Source of the DNA: Solirubrobacterales bacterium
Lineage (GTDB): Bacteria > Actinomycetota > Thermoleophilia > Solirubrobacterales > 70-9
Length of the DNA stretch: 64,000 bases
Assembly: GCA_035573435.1 (NCBI GenBank)
Contig: DATMZR010000031.1
Coordinates: forward strand, 214,066-278,065
Reading direction: 5' to 3'
A program made the translations under genes and the position numbers. The first letter of the stretch is position 1. The number at the start of each line of letters is the position of its first letter. Below the pieces are notes generated by a model that made no database searches, was not told the DNA's origin, and saw nothing but the letters and a program-made list of their open reading frames with translations. Positions 9,481 to 21,587 of the stretch are shown here, piece after piece.

Positions 9481-10314
9481 TCAGTCGAACGCACGCCCGC
9501 GCGCTTCGGACATGCGACGCGCGAAGTCCGTGGCGGCCTTGGTGCGCGACAGCCTGGTCATCGCGCGAGGGAAGAAGGCGTTCAAGAAGATCAGGGGCCG
9601 CACAGGGCCCTTGGCCACGATCACCTCGGGGAGATTCTTGGTGATCGCTCGGACCACCGCGTCACCGACGCGCTCTGGCGGGAGCGTGCCGACTATTCCG
9701 GGTGGCTCGCCGACCTGCGTCTCCAAGCGTCCGTACATGCCCACCCGACTGATGAACCCGGGGCAGATCGCCGAGAAGCCGACGGGATCGCTGCCGTACT
9801 CGTGACGCAGCGCGTGGGTAAAGCCCACCACCCCGTGCTTGGTCGCGGAGTAACTGGCCAGGTGCGGGACAGCCGCCTTGCCGGCCAGCGACGCCATGTT
9901 GACCACGTGGCCGTGGCCGCGCTCCTGCATGCCGGGGAGGGCGGCGAGGGTCAGGGTCATCGTCGCCAGCAGGTTGACGTCCAGGATCGCCTCGAGCTCG
10001 GCTGGGGTGGTGCTGAGGAAGTTGCCGCCGAACTCGAGCCCGGCGTTGTTGACGAGCACGTCAAGCGGTCCGATCGCCTCCTCGGCCCGCTCCACCAATT
10101 CCGTGAGCTGCTCTCGGTCGGTCAGGTCGGCGGGCACCGTCTCCACCCGCACGCCGTGTCCTCCCAGCTCCTCGACGAGCTCGTCGAGAGGGGACGAGGG
10201 AAGGTCCGAGAGGGCCAGGTTCACCTTCCGGCCCGCAAGCGAACGGGCGATATATCCGCCGAGACCGCCCGCGGCGCCGGTGATCAGGGCGTTGCGGCCG
10301 CGAAGCTCCTCCAC
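9481..10314 (-). CDS. Short-chain dehydrogenase/reductase (SDR) family oxidoreductase
   Basis: TGAAGGLGG cofactor motif, NNAG, and the catalytic YSATKHGV (YxxxK) motif. Confidence 0.85.
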   Translation of the reverse strand: MEELRGRNALITGAAGGLGGYIARSLAGRKVNLALSDLPSSPLDELVEELGGHGVRVETVPADLTDREQLTELVERAEEAIGPLDVLVNNAGLEFGGNFLSTTPAELEAILDVNLLATMTLTLAALPGMQERGHGHVVNMASLAGKAAVPHLASYSATKHGVVGFTHALRHEYGSDPVGFSAICPGFISRVGMYGRLETQVGEPPGIVGTLPPERVGDAVVRAITKNLPEVIVAKGPVRPLIFLNAFFPRAMTRLSRTKAATDFARRMSEARGRAFD

Positions 10315-10325
10315 GGCGCGGGAGA

Positions 10326-12941
10326 CTATCCCGAGCGCTTCGTGCGTGAGCGCGCGGCAGCAGAGGATTTGCGCGGCGGCTTGCCGTCCGCCTTGGCCTC
10401 TTCAGACTCGAGGTTCAGAGTCGCATCGGCGTCGGCCCCATTCTCGGATTCACCGTCGCCCTCCACCGCGCCGCCGGACTCGACCACCAGCGCAACTGCG
10501 CTCACCCGGTCGTCCTCGCGGAGGTTCATCACCCTGACGCCCTGGGTGGCGCGGCCCATCTGAGAGATCCCCCCGGCCGGAGTGCGTTGCACCATGCCGT
10601 TCTCCGAGATGAACAGCAGGTCCTGGTGCTCGCGGACGATCAGCGCCCCGGCCAGCCCACCCTTCTTCGGCGTCAGTTTCGCCGTAAGCACGCCTTTGGT
10701 GCCGCGCCCCTTGACCGGGTACTCGGGGATCGCGGTGCGCTTGCCATAGCCATTCTCGGTGACCACGAAGAGCTCGGCGTCGTCGCGGGCGACGTCCATG
10801 GCCAGCACGCGGTTCGCCTCGCGGCCGATCTTGCCGGCGACATTCATCCCCTTGACGCCGGTGGTGTCGCGAGCCATCGGCCGCACCGCCTTCTCCGAAA
10901 AGCGCGAGGCGTGGCCCGACTTCGACACCAGCAGCAGGTCGTCGTCGCCTGAGGTGAGACGCACCTGGACCAGCTCGTCGCCGTCCCGGACCTTGATCGC
11001 GATTATCCCGTCGGCCCTGATAGGCGTGTTGTAGGCGGTGAACTCGGTCTTCTTGACCTGTCCCTTGGCGGTCGCAAAGACCAGGTACTTGCCCTCACTG
11101 AAGTCGCGGGTGGGCTTCACCGCCATCACCCGTTCGCGGTCGCGAAGCGGCAGCACGTTGACCAAGGCCCGGCCCTTCGAGGTGCGCGAGCCCTCCGGCA
11201 GCTCGTACACCTTGAGCCGGTAGACCTTGCCGCGGTTGGTGAAGAACAGCATCCAGTCGTGGGTCGAGCAGATGTGCAGATGCTCGATGTAGTCGCCCTC
11301 CTTGAGGTCCATCCCCATCACCCCGATGCCACCCCGGCGCTGCTGGCGGTAGGTCGCCAGCGGCAGGCGCTTGACGTAGCCCGAGCGGGTTATCGAGATC
11401 ACCATCTGCTGGTCGGCGATCATGTCCTCGATGTTCATGTCGCCCTCGAAGTGGGTGATCTCGGTCCGCCGCTCGTCGCCGTAGCGCTGCTCGAGCTCGT
11501 CAAGCTCCTGAACGACGACGCCGTCGATCCGCGCCGGATCACCCAGGATCGCGCGCAAGGCGGCGATCCGCTCGATCAGCTCGGCGTGTTCGGAGCGAAC
11601 CTTGTCGGACTCCAGCGCCGTGAGCCGTGCCAGGCGCATGTCGAGGATCGCCTGGGCCTGCTCCTCGGAGAGTTCGAACCTGTCGATCAGCCCGACGCGG
11701 GCGACGTCGCTGTCGGCCGAGGCGCGGATCAGCTCGATCACCGCGTCAAGATTGTCGAGCGCGATCAGCAGTCCCTCGAGTATGTGTGCACGCGCCTCGG
11801 CTCGGCGCAGCTCGTACTGAGTCCGGCGGGTGACCACCTCGCGCTGGTGGCCGACGTAGTGGTGGATCAGCTCCTTGAGACTGAGCGTTCGCGGCACCCC
11901 GTCGACCAGGGCGACCATGTTGAGTCCGAACGAGGTTTGCATCTGGGTGTGCTTGAAGAGCTGGTTGAGGACGACTTCGTACGGGTCGCCGCCGCGCTTC
12001 AGCTCGATCACCAGCCGCATTCCCGAGCGGTCCGACTCGTCGCGCAAGTCGGAGATCCCGTTGATCTTCTTCTCGCGGACGAGGTCAGCGATCTTGGTGA
12101 TCAAGCCGCCGTCCCCACCCTTCTTGACCGTGAACGGCAGCTCGGAGACGATCACCGCCTCCTTCCCGCCGCGCAGCGGCTCGATGTGGGCCCGGGCACG
12201 AACCCGAACGCTGCCGCGGCCCGACGCGTACGCGTCACGGATGCCCTCGGCGCTCATCATGCCGCCGCCCGGGAAGTCGGGGCCCTTGACGTGCTTCATC
12301 AGCCCGGCGAGGTCGATCTCTGGGTTCTCGATGTAGGCCTTGACGGCGCCCACCACCTCGCTGAGGTTGTGAGGCGGGATGTTGGTCGCCATCCCGACCG
12401 CGATTCCGGTGGTGCCGTTGACGAGCAGGTTCGGGAACCGGGCCGGCAGCACGCTCGGCTCCTGCTGCGACTCGTCGTAGTTGGGACCGAAGTCGACGGT
12501 GTCGGCGTCGATGTCGCGCAGCATCTCGGTCGCCAGCCGCGCCAGGCGGGCTTCGGTGTATCTCATCGCGGCTGGTGGGTCGTCGTCGATCGAGCCGAAG
12601 TTCCCCTGCCCGTCGACGAGTGGGTAGCGCAGCGAGAAGTCCTGCGCCATGCGGGCGAGGGTGTCGTAGATCGCGGAGTCGCCGTGGGGGTGGTACTTAC
12701 CCATCACCTCGCCGACGATGAAGGCCGACTTGCGGTGGGGCCGGGTGGGCTGTAGCGCCAGGTCGTGCATCGCGTAGAGCACGCGGCGGTGGACGGGCTT
12801 GAGCCCGTCGCGCACGTCGGGCAGCGCCCTGCCCACGATCACGCTCATCGCGTAATCCAGGTATGAGGAGCGCATCTCCTGGGTGAGCTCGCGTTCCTCT
12901 ATGCGCCCGGTGAGAGCCTCGAGTCCGCCTGCCTCCATCAC
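10326..12941 (-). CDS. gyrA: DNA gyrase subunit A
   Basis: 871 aa. [34 protein letters not shown] (catalytic Tyr) and C-terminal beta-pinwheel repeats. Lies downstream of gyrB. Confidence 0.95.
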   Translation of the reverse strand: MMEAGGLEALTGRIEERELTQEMRSSYLDYAMSVIVGRALPDVRDGLKPVHRRVLYAMHDLALQPTRPHRKSAFIVGEVMGKYHPHGDSAIYDTLARMAQDFSLRYPLVDGQGNFGSIDDDPPAAMRYTEARLARLATEMLRDIDADTVDFGPNYDESQQEPSVLPARFPNLLVNGTTGIAVGMATNIPPHNLSEVVGAVKAYIENPEIDLAGLMKHVKGPDFPGGGMMSAEGIRDAYASGRGSVRVRARAHIEPLRGGKEAVIVSELPFTVKKGGDGGLITKIADLVREKKINGISDLRDESDRSGMRLVIELKRGGDPYEVVLNQLFKHTQMQTSFGLNMVALVDGVPRTLSLKELIHHYVGHQREVVTRRTQYELRRAEARAHILEGLLIALDNLDAVIELIRASADSDVARVGLIDRFELSEEQAQAILDMRLARLTALESDKVRSEHAELIERIAALRAILGDPARIDGVVVQELDELEQRYGDERRTEITHFEGDMNIEDMIADQQMVISITRSGYVKRLPLATYRQQRRGGIGVMGMDLKEGDYIEHLHICSTHDWMLFFTNRGKVYRLKVYELPEGSRTSKGRALVNVLPLRDRERVMAVKPTRDFSEGKYLVFATAKGQVKKTEFTAYNTPIRADGIIAIKVRDGDELVQVRLTSGDDDLLLVSKSGHASRFSEKAVRPMARDTTGVKGMNVAGKIGREANRVLAMDVARDDAELFVVTENGYGKRTAIPEYPVKGRGTKGVLTAKLTPKKGGLAGALIVREHQDLLFISENGMVQRTPAGGISQMGRATQGVRVMNLREDDRVSAVALVVESGGAVEGDGESENGADADATLNLESEEAKADGKPPRKSSAAARSRTKRSG

Positions 12942-13082
12942 ATGACCCCGCTAGACGAACGGCCGCGAAAACCAAGCAGGTCGGCCGACGCAGGGAGGCC
13001 GGCGAAGCGAGCGTAGTCAGACCTACGTGAGCGAGACGTGCCGACCGAGTCGGCCGAGATGCGCCGGTTTGCAGCGGCCGCG

Positions 13083-15572
<2,490 letters not shown>

Positions 15573-15783
15573 TCAATCCTTTCGTTCGTTGACGCCGGCG
15601 GAAACCCTGGCGCCATGAGAAACCCCGACCAGCAGGTACGCCGTCACGGGCGCGCCTGACGGTTCGGGGCGTTCCGTGCAAGTTCACATAAGGATACCAG
15701 GAAAGGCCTCCGGAAAAGCTGCGGAAGTGCAACGAAATCCCTGCAAATGACGAATAAAGAGAAAAGCCCCAACCAGCGGGGTT

Positions 15784-16116
15784 TCAGGCCTGATGACGGC
15801 TGTGATCCGCAGTGAAGCGGAGCCCTTGGAGGGCCGGCGCCTGAGCGCTTTGGCCGGCCTCCGAAAGCGCCCTGTTGAGCCGCACGAGAAGCTCAGGGCC
15901 CAGCAGATCGAGCTCCTGCGCCCAGGTCGCGGACCGGCAGGCAATCGTCACCACGCCGTCGCGCTCCGCCACCGGCTCGGCCTCACGGGCGACCCGGGCG
16001 CCGGCGGCGTCGGCCCACGCACTCTGGGCCGCCGCCAGCAGTGTCTGGGGTTCGGCGCCCGCCCGCGCACCACGGAGGGCGGCGGCGAGCGGCCTCGGGG
16101 AGCGGCGGGCGCTCAC
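15784..16116 (-). CDS. dciA: DUF721 / DciA-like protein (putative replicative helicase operator)
   Basis: 110 aa. WADAAGARVAREAEPVAERDGVVTIACRSATWAQELDLLGPELLVRLN matches the DUF721 pattern. Sits in the conserved recF-DUF721-gyrB position; 4-nt overlap with recF. Confidence 0.7.
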   Translation of the reverse strand: MSARRSPRPLAAALRGARAGAEPQTLLAAAQSAWADAAGARVAREAEPVAERDGVVTIACRSATWAQELDLLGPELLVRLNRALSEAGQSAQAPALQGLRFTADHSRHQA

Positions 16117-17225
16117 GCCGCCAGCCGTGCGCTCTCGCCCCGGGCTTCGCCGGACGGAGCGATGACGCCGCTGCGGACCTCCACCTCGACGCGGTCGCCG
16201 GGCAGGTGGTCGGGCTCGGTCGCCGTGAGCACCGCTTGGCCACCCTCGGCGAGGCGCATGGCGAGCCGCTCACGCCGGCGGGCGTCGAGCTCGCTCATCA
16301 CGTCATCGAGGAGCATCAGCGGTGGGTTTCGGCCCGTTTCCAGGAGAACGCGGCGCTCCGCAAACAGCAACGCCAGCACGGCCGCGCGCTGCTCCCCCTG
16401 CGAGCCATAGCGGCGAAGCGGCCGGCCGGCCATCGTGATCGCCAGCTCGTCCAGATGCGGTCCGTGCGACGTGTAGCCGCGTGCCAGGTCCGTGTCGCGC
16501 CGCTCCTGGAGCTCAGTCACCATTTGGTCCACATCCGCGGCCGCGCTGCGCGGCAGGTAACCGAGCGAGGCGCCACCGGGCAGGCAAAGCTCGTCTGCGG
16601 CCTCGGCGAAGCCCGGGGCCAGCAGGTCGACCGCATCTCGTCGGCTGGCAATCAGCTCCAGCCCCACGACCGCCAGCTCCCGATCCCAAGCTGCGAGAGA
16701 GCCAACCGACGCAGCGCCCGACCGGACCCGGCCCAGCAGCGCGTTCCGCTGGGCGAGCGCTCGTCCGTAGCGCCGGCGCGCCTCGGCCCGCGCAGGCCAA
16801 AGCGACGCGCAGAGCCGGTCCAGGTGCGCCCGGCGTAAGCCAGGTGGTCCCTTTACCAGCGCCAGCCGGTCGGGAAGGAAGATCGCCATCGAGGGGCGAA
16901 GCTCCAGGTGGTCCGCCGTCGCCTGGCTACCGTCCACGAGGTGCCGACGCTCCCCGGAGCGATCCAGGGACCAGAGGAAGGAGTGGGACTCCTCGCCGTC
17001 CGTCACCTGCGCCTCGATGCGCGTCAGCGGCTCGCCAAACGCGATCGCCTCCCGCTCGTTGCGGGTTCTGCTCGACCGACCGCTGAGCGCCAGGCAGATG
17101 CCCTCGAGCAGGTTGGTCTTGCCGGCGCCGTTCGCCCCCCACAGCAGGGTGATCTCCGCACCGAGCTCCAGCCGGCTCGGCGCGAGGTTGCGAAAGCCGA
17201 GCGTTTGCAGCGCTGCAACGCGCAT
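16113..17225 (-). CDS. recF: DNA replication/repair protein RecF
   Basis: FRNL...LLWGANGAGKTNLLEGI Walker A, C-terminal LLLDDVMSELD. Synteny dnaN-recF. Confidence 0.9.
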   Translation of the reverse strand: MRVAALQTLGFRNLAPSRLELGAEITLLWGANGAGKTNLLEGICLALSGRSSRTRNEREAIAFGEPLTRIEAQVTDGEESHSFLWSLDRSGERRHLVDGSQATADHLELRPSMAIFLPDRLALVKGPPGLRRAHLDRLCASLWPARAEARRRYGRALAQRNALLGRVRSGAASVGSLAAWDRELAVVGLELIASRRDAVDLLAPGFAEAADELCLPGGASLGYLPRSAAADVDQMVTELQERRDTDLARGYTSHGPHLDELAITMAGRPLRRYGSQGEQRAAVLALLFAERRVLLETGRNPPLMLLDDVMSELDARRRERLAMRLAEGGQAVLTATEPDHLPGDRVEVEVRSGVIAPSGEARGESARLAA

Positions 17226-17233
17226 CGACTCAG

Positions 17234-18358
17234 TCAGACATTGAGCCGGATCGGCATCACGAGATAGCTGAAGTCCTCGCGGCCCACGGGCTGCAGAAGA
17301 CCCGGGCGCAGGGGCGAGCTGAGCTTGACTGCGAGCTCGTCCCCCTCGACGCTCTCCAGACCCTCGATCAGGAATTGCGGATTGAAGGCGATTTCCAGCG
17401 GATCGCCTGAGTAGGGCGCCGGCAGCCCCTCACTTGCGTCACCGACCTCTGGCGTCTCGGCGGCAACGGTCAGCTCCCCCTCGGCGAACGCAAACCGCAG
17501 CGGAGCGTTGCGCTGTGCCAGTTGGCTGACCCGTCGGGCCACCTCGACCAGCTCCAACCGCGGGAGTCTCACCTCATGCTCGAACGACTCGGGGATCAGC
17601 TGCCGCCAGCTCGGGAACTGGCCCTCGATCAAGCGCGAGAAGAGGCTCACCGAGCCGGCTTCGAACACCGCTTGGTTCCGAGCCAAAGAGATCGACACCT
17701 CGTCCGCCCCCTCCTGGACGATGATTCGCGCGAGTTCACGCAGGGCACGGGCGGGGACGTTGGCCTCGACGGGTTCGGGAAGCGCTCCCTCGAGCTCCGT
17801 GTGCTTGACGCTCAACCGGTACGAGTCGGTGGCCACCATGGTCAAGACCTGGCCCTCCGCGTGCAGCAGAACGCCGGTCAGGATCGGCCGTACCTCGTCG
17901 CGGGAGGCCGCTCGAGCGACGCGCTCGATCGTCTCGGCCAGCGGTTGGCCCGGCAGCTTGACGCCCTCCGCGTCGAGCTCCGGCAGCCGGGGGAAGTCCT
18001 CCGCCGGCAGCGTCCGCAGGTGGAAGCGGGCACTGCCGGCCGTCAACTCGACGTCGCGTTCCTCAGGCCGAAGCTCGAGGCTCACATCCCCAGGTGGCAG
18101 ATTGCGCACCACGTCACCGAGCAACCGACCGGGGAGGAGCAGAATCCCCTCGTTTTCAACCGTCAGGTTGGACACCGTCAACGTCAATCCCAACTCCGTG
18201 TCGGTCGCAGAGAGCGTCAGGTTTCCCCCAGCAGCTATGAGCTTGACGCCACCGAGCGAGGGCAGAGTCGCGCGGCTCGATATGGCTCGGCTCACCACCT
18301 GAACTGCCGCTGAGAAGACATCACGAGAGATGGAGATATTCATCAGCTGATCTTGCAT
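17234..18358 (-). CDS. dnaN: DNA polymerase III beta sliding clamp
   Basis: ORF 17234..18418 trimmed to the ATG at 18358 (MQDQLMNISISRDVFSAAV...). A purine-rich GAGAGAGATAGGAAG lies directly upstream. Typical three-domain DnaN length. The start could also be 18343 or 18418. Confidence 0.9.
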   Translation of the reverse strand: MQDQLMNISISRDVFSAAVQVVSRAISSRATLPSLGGVKLIAAGGNLTLSATDTELGLTLTVSNLTVENEGILLLPGRLLGDVVRNLPPGDVSLELRPEERDVELTAGSARFHLRTLPAEDFPRLPELDAEGVKLPGQPLAETIERVARAASRDEVRPILTGVLLHAEGQVLTMVATDSYRLSVKHTELEGALPEPVEANVPARALRELARIIVQEGADEVSISLARNQAVFEAGSVSLFSRLIEGQFPSWRQLIPESFEHEVRLPRLELVEVARRVSQLAQRNAPLRFAFAEGELTVAAETPEVGDASEGLPAPYSGDPLEIAFNPQFLIEGLESVEGDELAVKLSSPLRPGLLQPVGREDFSYLVMPIRLNV

Positions 18359-18388
18359 CTTCCTATCTCTCTCAGATGTATTGAGGAC

Positions 18389-18482
18389 TGTGGATGGTTG
18401 GGGAGAACTTCCACTCATGGCTTGGAACGAGGTGAGGAAGCTGTGGAGGAGCGGTGTGAACCTATAGGCCAGCGGTGGATGG
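18389..18482 (-). promoter_or_regulatory. Cluster of DnaA-box-like 9-mers (candidate oriC core)
   Basis: Minus-strand 9-mers CCATCCACA (18389-18397), TCCTCCACA (18442-18450) and CCATCCACC (18474-18482). They match TTATCCACA at 7/9, 7/9 and 6/9 positions. GTTCACA variants occur at 18455-18463 and 18525-18531. Local G+C is visibly lower. Confidence 0.4.
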
Positions 18483-19866
18483 GAGGCTCATCTTCACTTG
18501 AGGAGCTAGATCGCTCCGGGAGGAGTTCACAAGTCCGTTGAAGAAGCGCAGTGGTTGGCGAGCCTGGCTCGAGCCGTGCGGATACAGCTCGGGTGGCATG
18601 GAGAACGGTCGTGTGATCGCGGTTGAACTCGTGAGCGATCGCGGAGAGTGAGAGTGAGGTCTGCTCGCGGCTGAGATACATGGCGAGTTGCCTGGCCTGA
18701 GAGACGCGGGCATTGCGCTTGGTCGAGACGAGGTCCTGGTGGGAGACACCGCACACGGAGCAGACCGCCTGCTGAATCGTCTGGACGCTCGGCGAGTCCT
18801 CCACCGGCGAAATAGCCGGCTCGCCGGCTGAATCTTCGCTGGGTGTCCGGCGGAGTACCCGGCGCGCCAGGGAAGGGGTGATGGGTTGGCTGAGCATGGA
18901 GGAGAACGCCGTGACACGCGTCATTGCGCCCTGGAGCCGCCGCACGTTGCCGAGTACCAGGCCGGCTATCTCCTTCAGCGCGGCGGGGTCGTGAACCTCC
19001 GTGGCGTCCTCCAGAGCCATTCGCCACAGGAGTGCCGTCCGCGTTCGGAGGTCGGGCGTCGCGAGCTCGGCGCACAGACCCCACGCGAAGCGGTCGCGAA
19101 GGCGCTCTGCCAGGCGGGCCAGGGCGTCGGGCGGCCGGTCGCTGGAGAGCACGATCTGCTTGCCCGCCGCGTGAAGGGCGTTGAATGTGTGGACGAATTC
19201 CTCCTGGGTGCTCTCCTTGCCTTCGAGCGCCTGCACATCGTCGATCAGCAGGGCATCGAGCTCCCGATAGCGCTGCTTGAAGCGCTCGGGGCCGTCTCGG
19301 CGCAAAGCGCCGACGAAGTCGGCCGTGAACCGATCGGCGGTCGTGTAGTGGACCGTGAGCGCCGGCCACCGTCGTCGCAGATAGTGGGCTACGGCGCCGA
19401 GCAGGTGTGTCTTGCCAAGCCCGGGAGGGCCATGCAGGAACAGCGGGTTGTAGGCCTCCCCCGGCGATTCGGCGGCGGCAAGAGCGGCTGCGTGGGCGAG
19501 CCGGTTGCCGGGCCCGATGACGAACCGCTCGAACGTGTGGTGGGGATCCAGCGGGAGAGACTCGACACCGCGCGCCCAGGGGGGAGCGGAAGAGCTCGTT
19601 TCTTCTCCCGCAGCGACGAGAACGACCCGATCGAGGCCGGCGCCGCTTGCCTGTACGGCCGTGCGCAGCGGCGCGGAGTAGCGGCGTTCCACCCAGGCGC
19701 GAGTCGTCTTCGGCGCTGAAAGATGGAGAGTGCTGCGTTCGGCTGAGACGGGCCGGAGGGGGTCGATCCAGAGTCGAAAGGCCGTTTCGGGAAGCTGATT
19801 TCGCAGGCTCTGTCGGACCCCCTCCCAGATCGAGGCTAGTTCGTCGGAGAGGGCGGCCGGCGTCAC
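18415..19866 (-). CDS. dnaA: Chromosomal replication initiator protein DnaA
   Basis: 483 aa. AAA+ motifs LFLHGPPGLGKTHLL and LLIDDVQ, domain IV SLSAIAHEFNRDHTTVLHA. The C-terminal tail is longer than usual (see findings). Confidence 0.95.
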   Translation of the reverse strand: MTPAALSDELASIWEGVRQSLRNQLPETAFRLWIDPLRPVSAERSTLHLSAPKTTRAWVERRYSAPLRTAVQASGAGLDRVVLVAAGEETSSSAPPWARGVESLPLDPHHTFERFVIGPGNRLAHAAALAAAESPGEAYNPLFLHGPPGLGKTHLLGAVAHYLRRRWPALTVHYTTADRFTADFVGALRRDGPERFKQRYRELDALLIDDVQALEGKESTQEEFVHTFNALHAAGKQIVLSSDRPPDALARLAERLRDRFAWGLCAELATPDLRTRTALLWRMALEDATEVHDPAALKEIAGLVLGNVRRLQGAMTRVTAFSSMLSQPITPSLARRVLRRTPSEDSAGEPAISPVEDSPSVQTIQQAVCSVCGVSHQDLVSTKRNARVSQARQLAMYLSREQTSLSLSAIAHEFNRDHTTVLHATRAVSARLEPGSPTTALLQRTCELLPERSSSSSEDEPPIHRWPIGSHRSSTASSPRSKP

Positions 19867-20007
19867 GGCGGGCGATCATAGATCGGCTAAACGGTGCTGC
19901 TGAGGGGTCGGCCGAGGGGAGGGCGCATTACGCGCGAAAAACGGCGCGGGAAGGGCGAGCGCCCCACGAGCCGGCGATACCCCGACTCGTATACTGGCTC
20001 GCCGGTC

Positions 20008-20142
20008 GTGAAGCGGACCTATCAGCCGAAGAAGCGCAAGCGCGCCCGGACACACGGGTTCCGCGCCCGGATGCGAACCCGCAGCGGCCGCCAGATCATC
20101 AAGCGTCGGCGCCGCAAGGGTCGCAAGCGGCTGACGCCGTGA
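20008..20142 (+). CDS. rpmH: 50S ribosomal protein L34
   Basis: GTG start giving [44 protein letters not shown]. The ORF-track entry 19894..20142 was trimmed to this start. Confidence 0.9.
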   Translation: MKRTYQPKKRKRARTHGFRARMRTRSGRQIIKRRRRKGRKRLTP

Positions 20143-20525
20143 CTTCCGGCAAGCGCCGCAGGCGCGGCCGCCTGTCGCGGAGCGGTGACTTCGAGCGCGT
20201 TTACCGCGAGGGTCGCTCCCACGCGAACCGCTTCCTGGTGCTCTACGCCTTCCCCCGTGGCGACTCGGATGGAAGCTCCGACGGGGTCCGGCTCGGGATC
20301 TCTGTGAGTCGAAAGGTGGGCGGTGCGGTGGAGAGGAATGCCGTGAAGCGGGGGCTGAGGGAGGCGTTCTGGTCATTCGACTCGAGGCTCCCGCGCGATC
20401 ACGACTTCGTCCTGGTCGCTCGACCCGACTCTGCGGGGCTCTTGGAGCGCGGCGGCGCCGAGGCAGTCGCCACCGCGCTCGAGGAGCTGATCGCGGAGTC
20501 CGGGCTGGCCGGGCGGGAGGCGTAA
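20139..20525 (+). CDS. rnpA: Ribonuclease P protein component
   Basis: GTGA overlap with the rpmH stop. Sequence [26 protein letters not shown]...[25 protein letters not shown] matches the RnpA pattern. It is the C-terminal part of ORF 19647..20525. Confidence 0.85.
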   Translation: MTSGKRRRRGRLSRSGDFERVYREGRSHANRFLVLYAFPRGDSDGSSDGVRLGISVSRKVGGAVERNAVKRGLREAFWSFDSRLPRDHDFVLVARPDSAGLLERGGAEAVATALEELIAESGLAGREA

Positions 20526-20528
20526 CAC

Positions 20529-20789
20529 GTGAAACGCGCCCTGCTCGCAATCGTCCTCGGTCCGATCCGCGTCTACCAGCACTGGATCTCGCCCGCGCTC
20601 CCCCGTCGCTGCAAGTACGAGCCGACCTGCTCCGCGTACGCCGCGCAGGCGATTCGCGAGCTCGGCGTGGTTCGCGGCGCGATTCTCGCCGCTTGGCGTC
20701 TGGCTCGGTGCAACCCGTTCAGCCACGGGGGCTACGACCCGGTCGAGGCCAGGCCCTTCTTCAAGCCGAAGCCCGGCGTGCCGGCCTGA
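20529..20789 (+). CDS. yidD: Membrane protein insertion efficiency factor YidD
   Basis: YQHWISPALPRRCKYEPTCSAYAAQAIRELG...RCNPFSHGGYDPV. Confidence 0.9.
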   Translation: MKRALLAIVLGPIRVYQHWISPALPRRCKYEPTCSAYAAQAIRELGVVRGAILAAWRLARCNPFSHGGYDPVEARPFFKPKPGVPA

Positions 20790-21523
20790 TGCCGCTCGCC
20801 AACATTCTCCAACCGCTGGTAGACGTCGCCAACTCCGTGTTGACGTTCTTTCACGACGACGTCGGCGTCAGCTGGGGCATATCGATCATCCTGCTCACGA
20901 TTGTCACCCGGATCGCGATTCTGCCGCTGTCGCTGAAGCAGATCCGCTCCATGCGCTCGCTCCAGGCCCACCAGCCGGAGATCAAGAAGCTCCAGGAGAA
21001 ATACAAGGACGACCGGCAGCGGATGCAGCGCGAGCTGATGGCCTTCTACCAGGAGAACAAGATCAATCCGTTCGCGTCCTGCGTGCCGCTGCTGCTCCAG
21101 CTCCCCGTTTTCTTCGCGCTCTTCTATCTGCTGCGCAGCGACGAGTTCAAGAACGAGATTCACGCCTCCGGAAGCCCTGACTTCGTCGGCATCCCGCTCG
21201 ATCAGGCCGCGACAGGCGCCGCGCTGATCATCCTCCTGGCTCTCTATTTCGCGACCATGGTCGGCTCGACGTCGATCATGGCCGCTTCGGCCGAGGGCAA
21301 TCAGCGCCTGCTGATGTACGCGCTTCCCGTGTTCTTCACGCCGTTCGTCATTAATTTCCCCGCGGGTCTGATCGTCTACTGGATCACGACCAACGTCTGG
21401 ACCATGGGCCAGCAATGGGTGGTTAAGAAGGCGATCCCGCCGCCGCCACAGCCGACCGAGGGCGAGGAACGGGCCGCGAAGCCGCCACCGCCACCGCCAC
21501 GCAAGAAGAAACGCCGGCGCTGA
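20789..21523 (+). CDS. yidC: Membrane protein insertase YidC (short form)
   Basis: ATG at 20789 overlaps the yidD stop. Sequence SWGISIILLTIVTRIAILPLSLKQIRSMRSLQAHQPEIKKLQEKYKDD...NPFASCVPLLLQLPVFFALF. Basic C-terminal tail. Confidence 0.9.
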   Translation: MPLANILQPLVDVANSVLTFFHDDVGVSWGISIILLTIVTRIAILPLSLKQIRSMRSLQAHQPEIKKLQEKYKDDRQRMQRELMAFYQENKINPFASCVPLLLQLPVFFALFYLLRSDEFKNEIHASGSPDFVGIPLDQAATGAALIILLALYFATMVGSTSIMAASAEGNQRLLMYALPVFFTPFVINFPAGLIVYWITTNVWTMGQQWVVKKAIPPPPQPTEGEERAAKPPPPPPRKKKRRR

Positions 21524-21587
21524 CGCTGAGGGCAACCCACCTACTTCGACACGCGGCTTGCGTCTCCTGCTGATTTAGACTCGCCTC

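Noticed and set aside
11259-12755. Long plus-strand ORF (498 aa) inside gyrA. Comparable long antisense ORFs occur at 13926-15659 (in gyrB), 3952-5397, 21980-23764, 33611-34723, 36267-37862, 40302-41393, 43378-44136, 50523-52205 and 59243-60283.
   Set aside because: All lie antisense or out of frame to genes with unmistakable homology. They are Arg/Gly/Pro/Asp-rich with no motifs, which is typical of stop-codon-poor shadow ORFs in high-GC DNA.
15745-15780. Weak hairpin (CCCC-N7-GGGG) followed by a T-rich run on the minus strand, downstream of dciA. Also a lower-GC gyrB upstream region containing a GTTCACA motif.
   Set aside because: The stem is only 4-5 bp, and a single relaxed DnaA-like heptamer is not evidence. 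This is probably just the gyrB promoter region.
19990-19995. TATACT hexamer 12 nt upstream of the rpmH GTG, as a possible -10 element giving a near-leaderless rpmH.
   Set aside because: It is plausible, but there is a single hexamer and no -35 element. It cannot be distinguished from chance without TSS data.
20521-20536. parS-like sequence CGTAACACGTGAAACG at the rnpA/yidD junction.
   Set aside because: Only 12/16 matches to the consensus TGTTTCACGTGAAACA as I recall it. The right half is perfect and the left half is poor. It overlaps a stop and a start codon, and I found no second copy in the window. It is worth a genome-wide scan but not supportable as a ParB site from this window alone.
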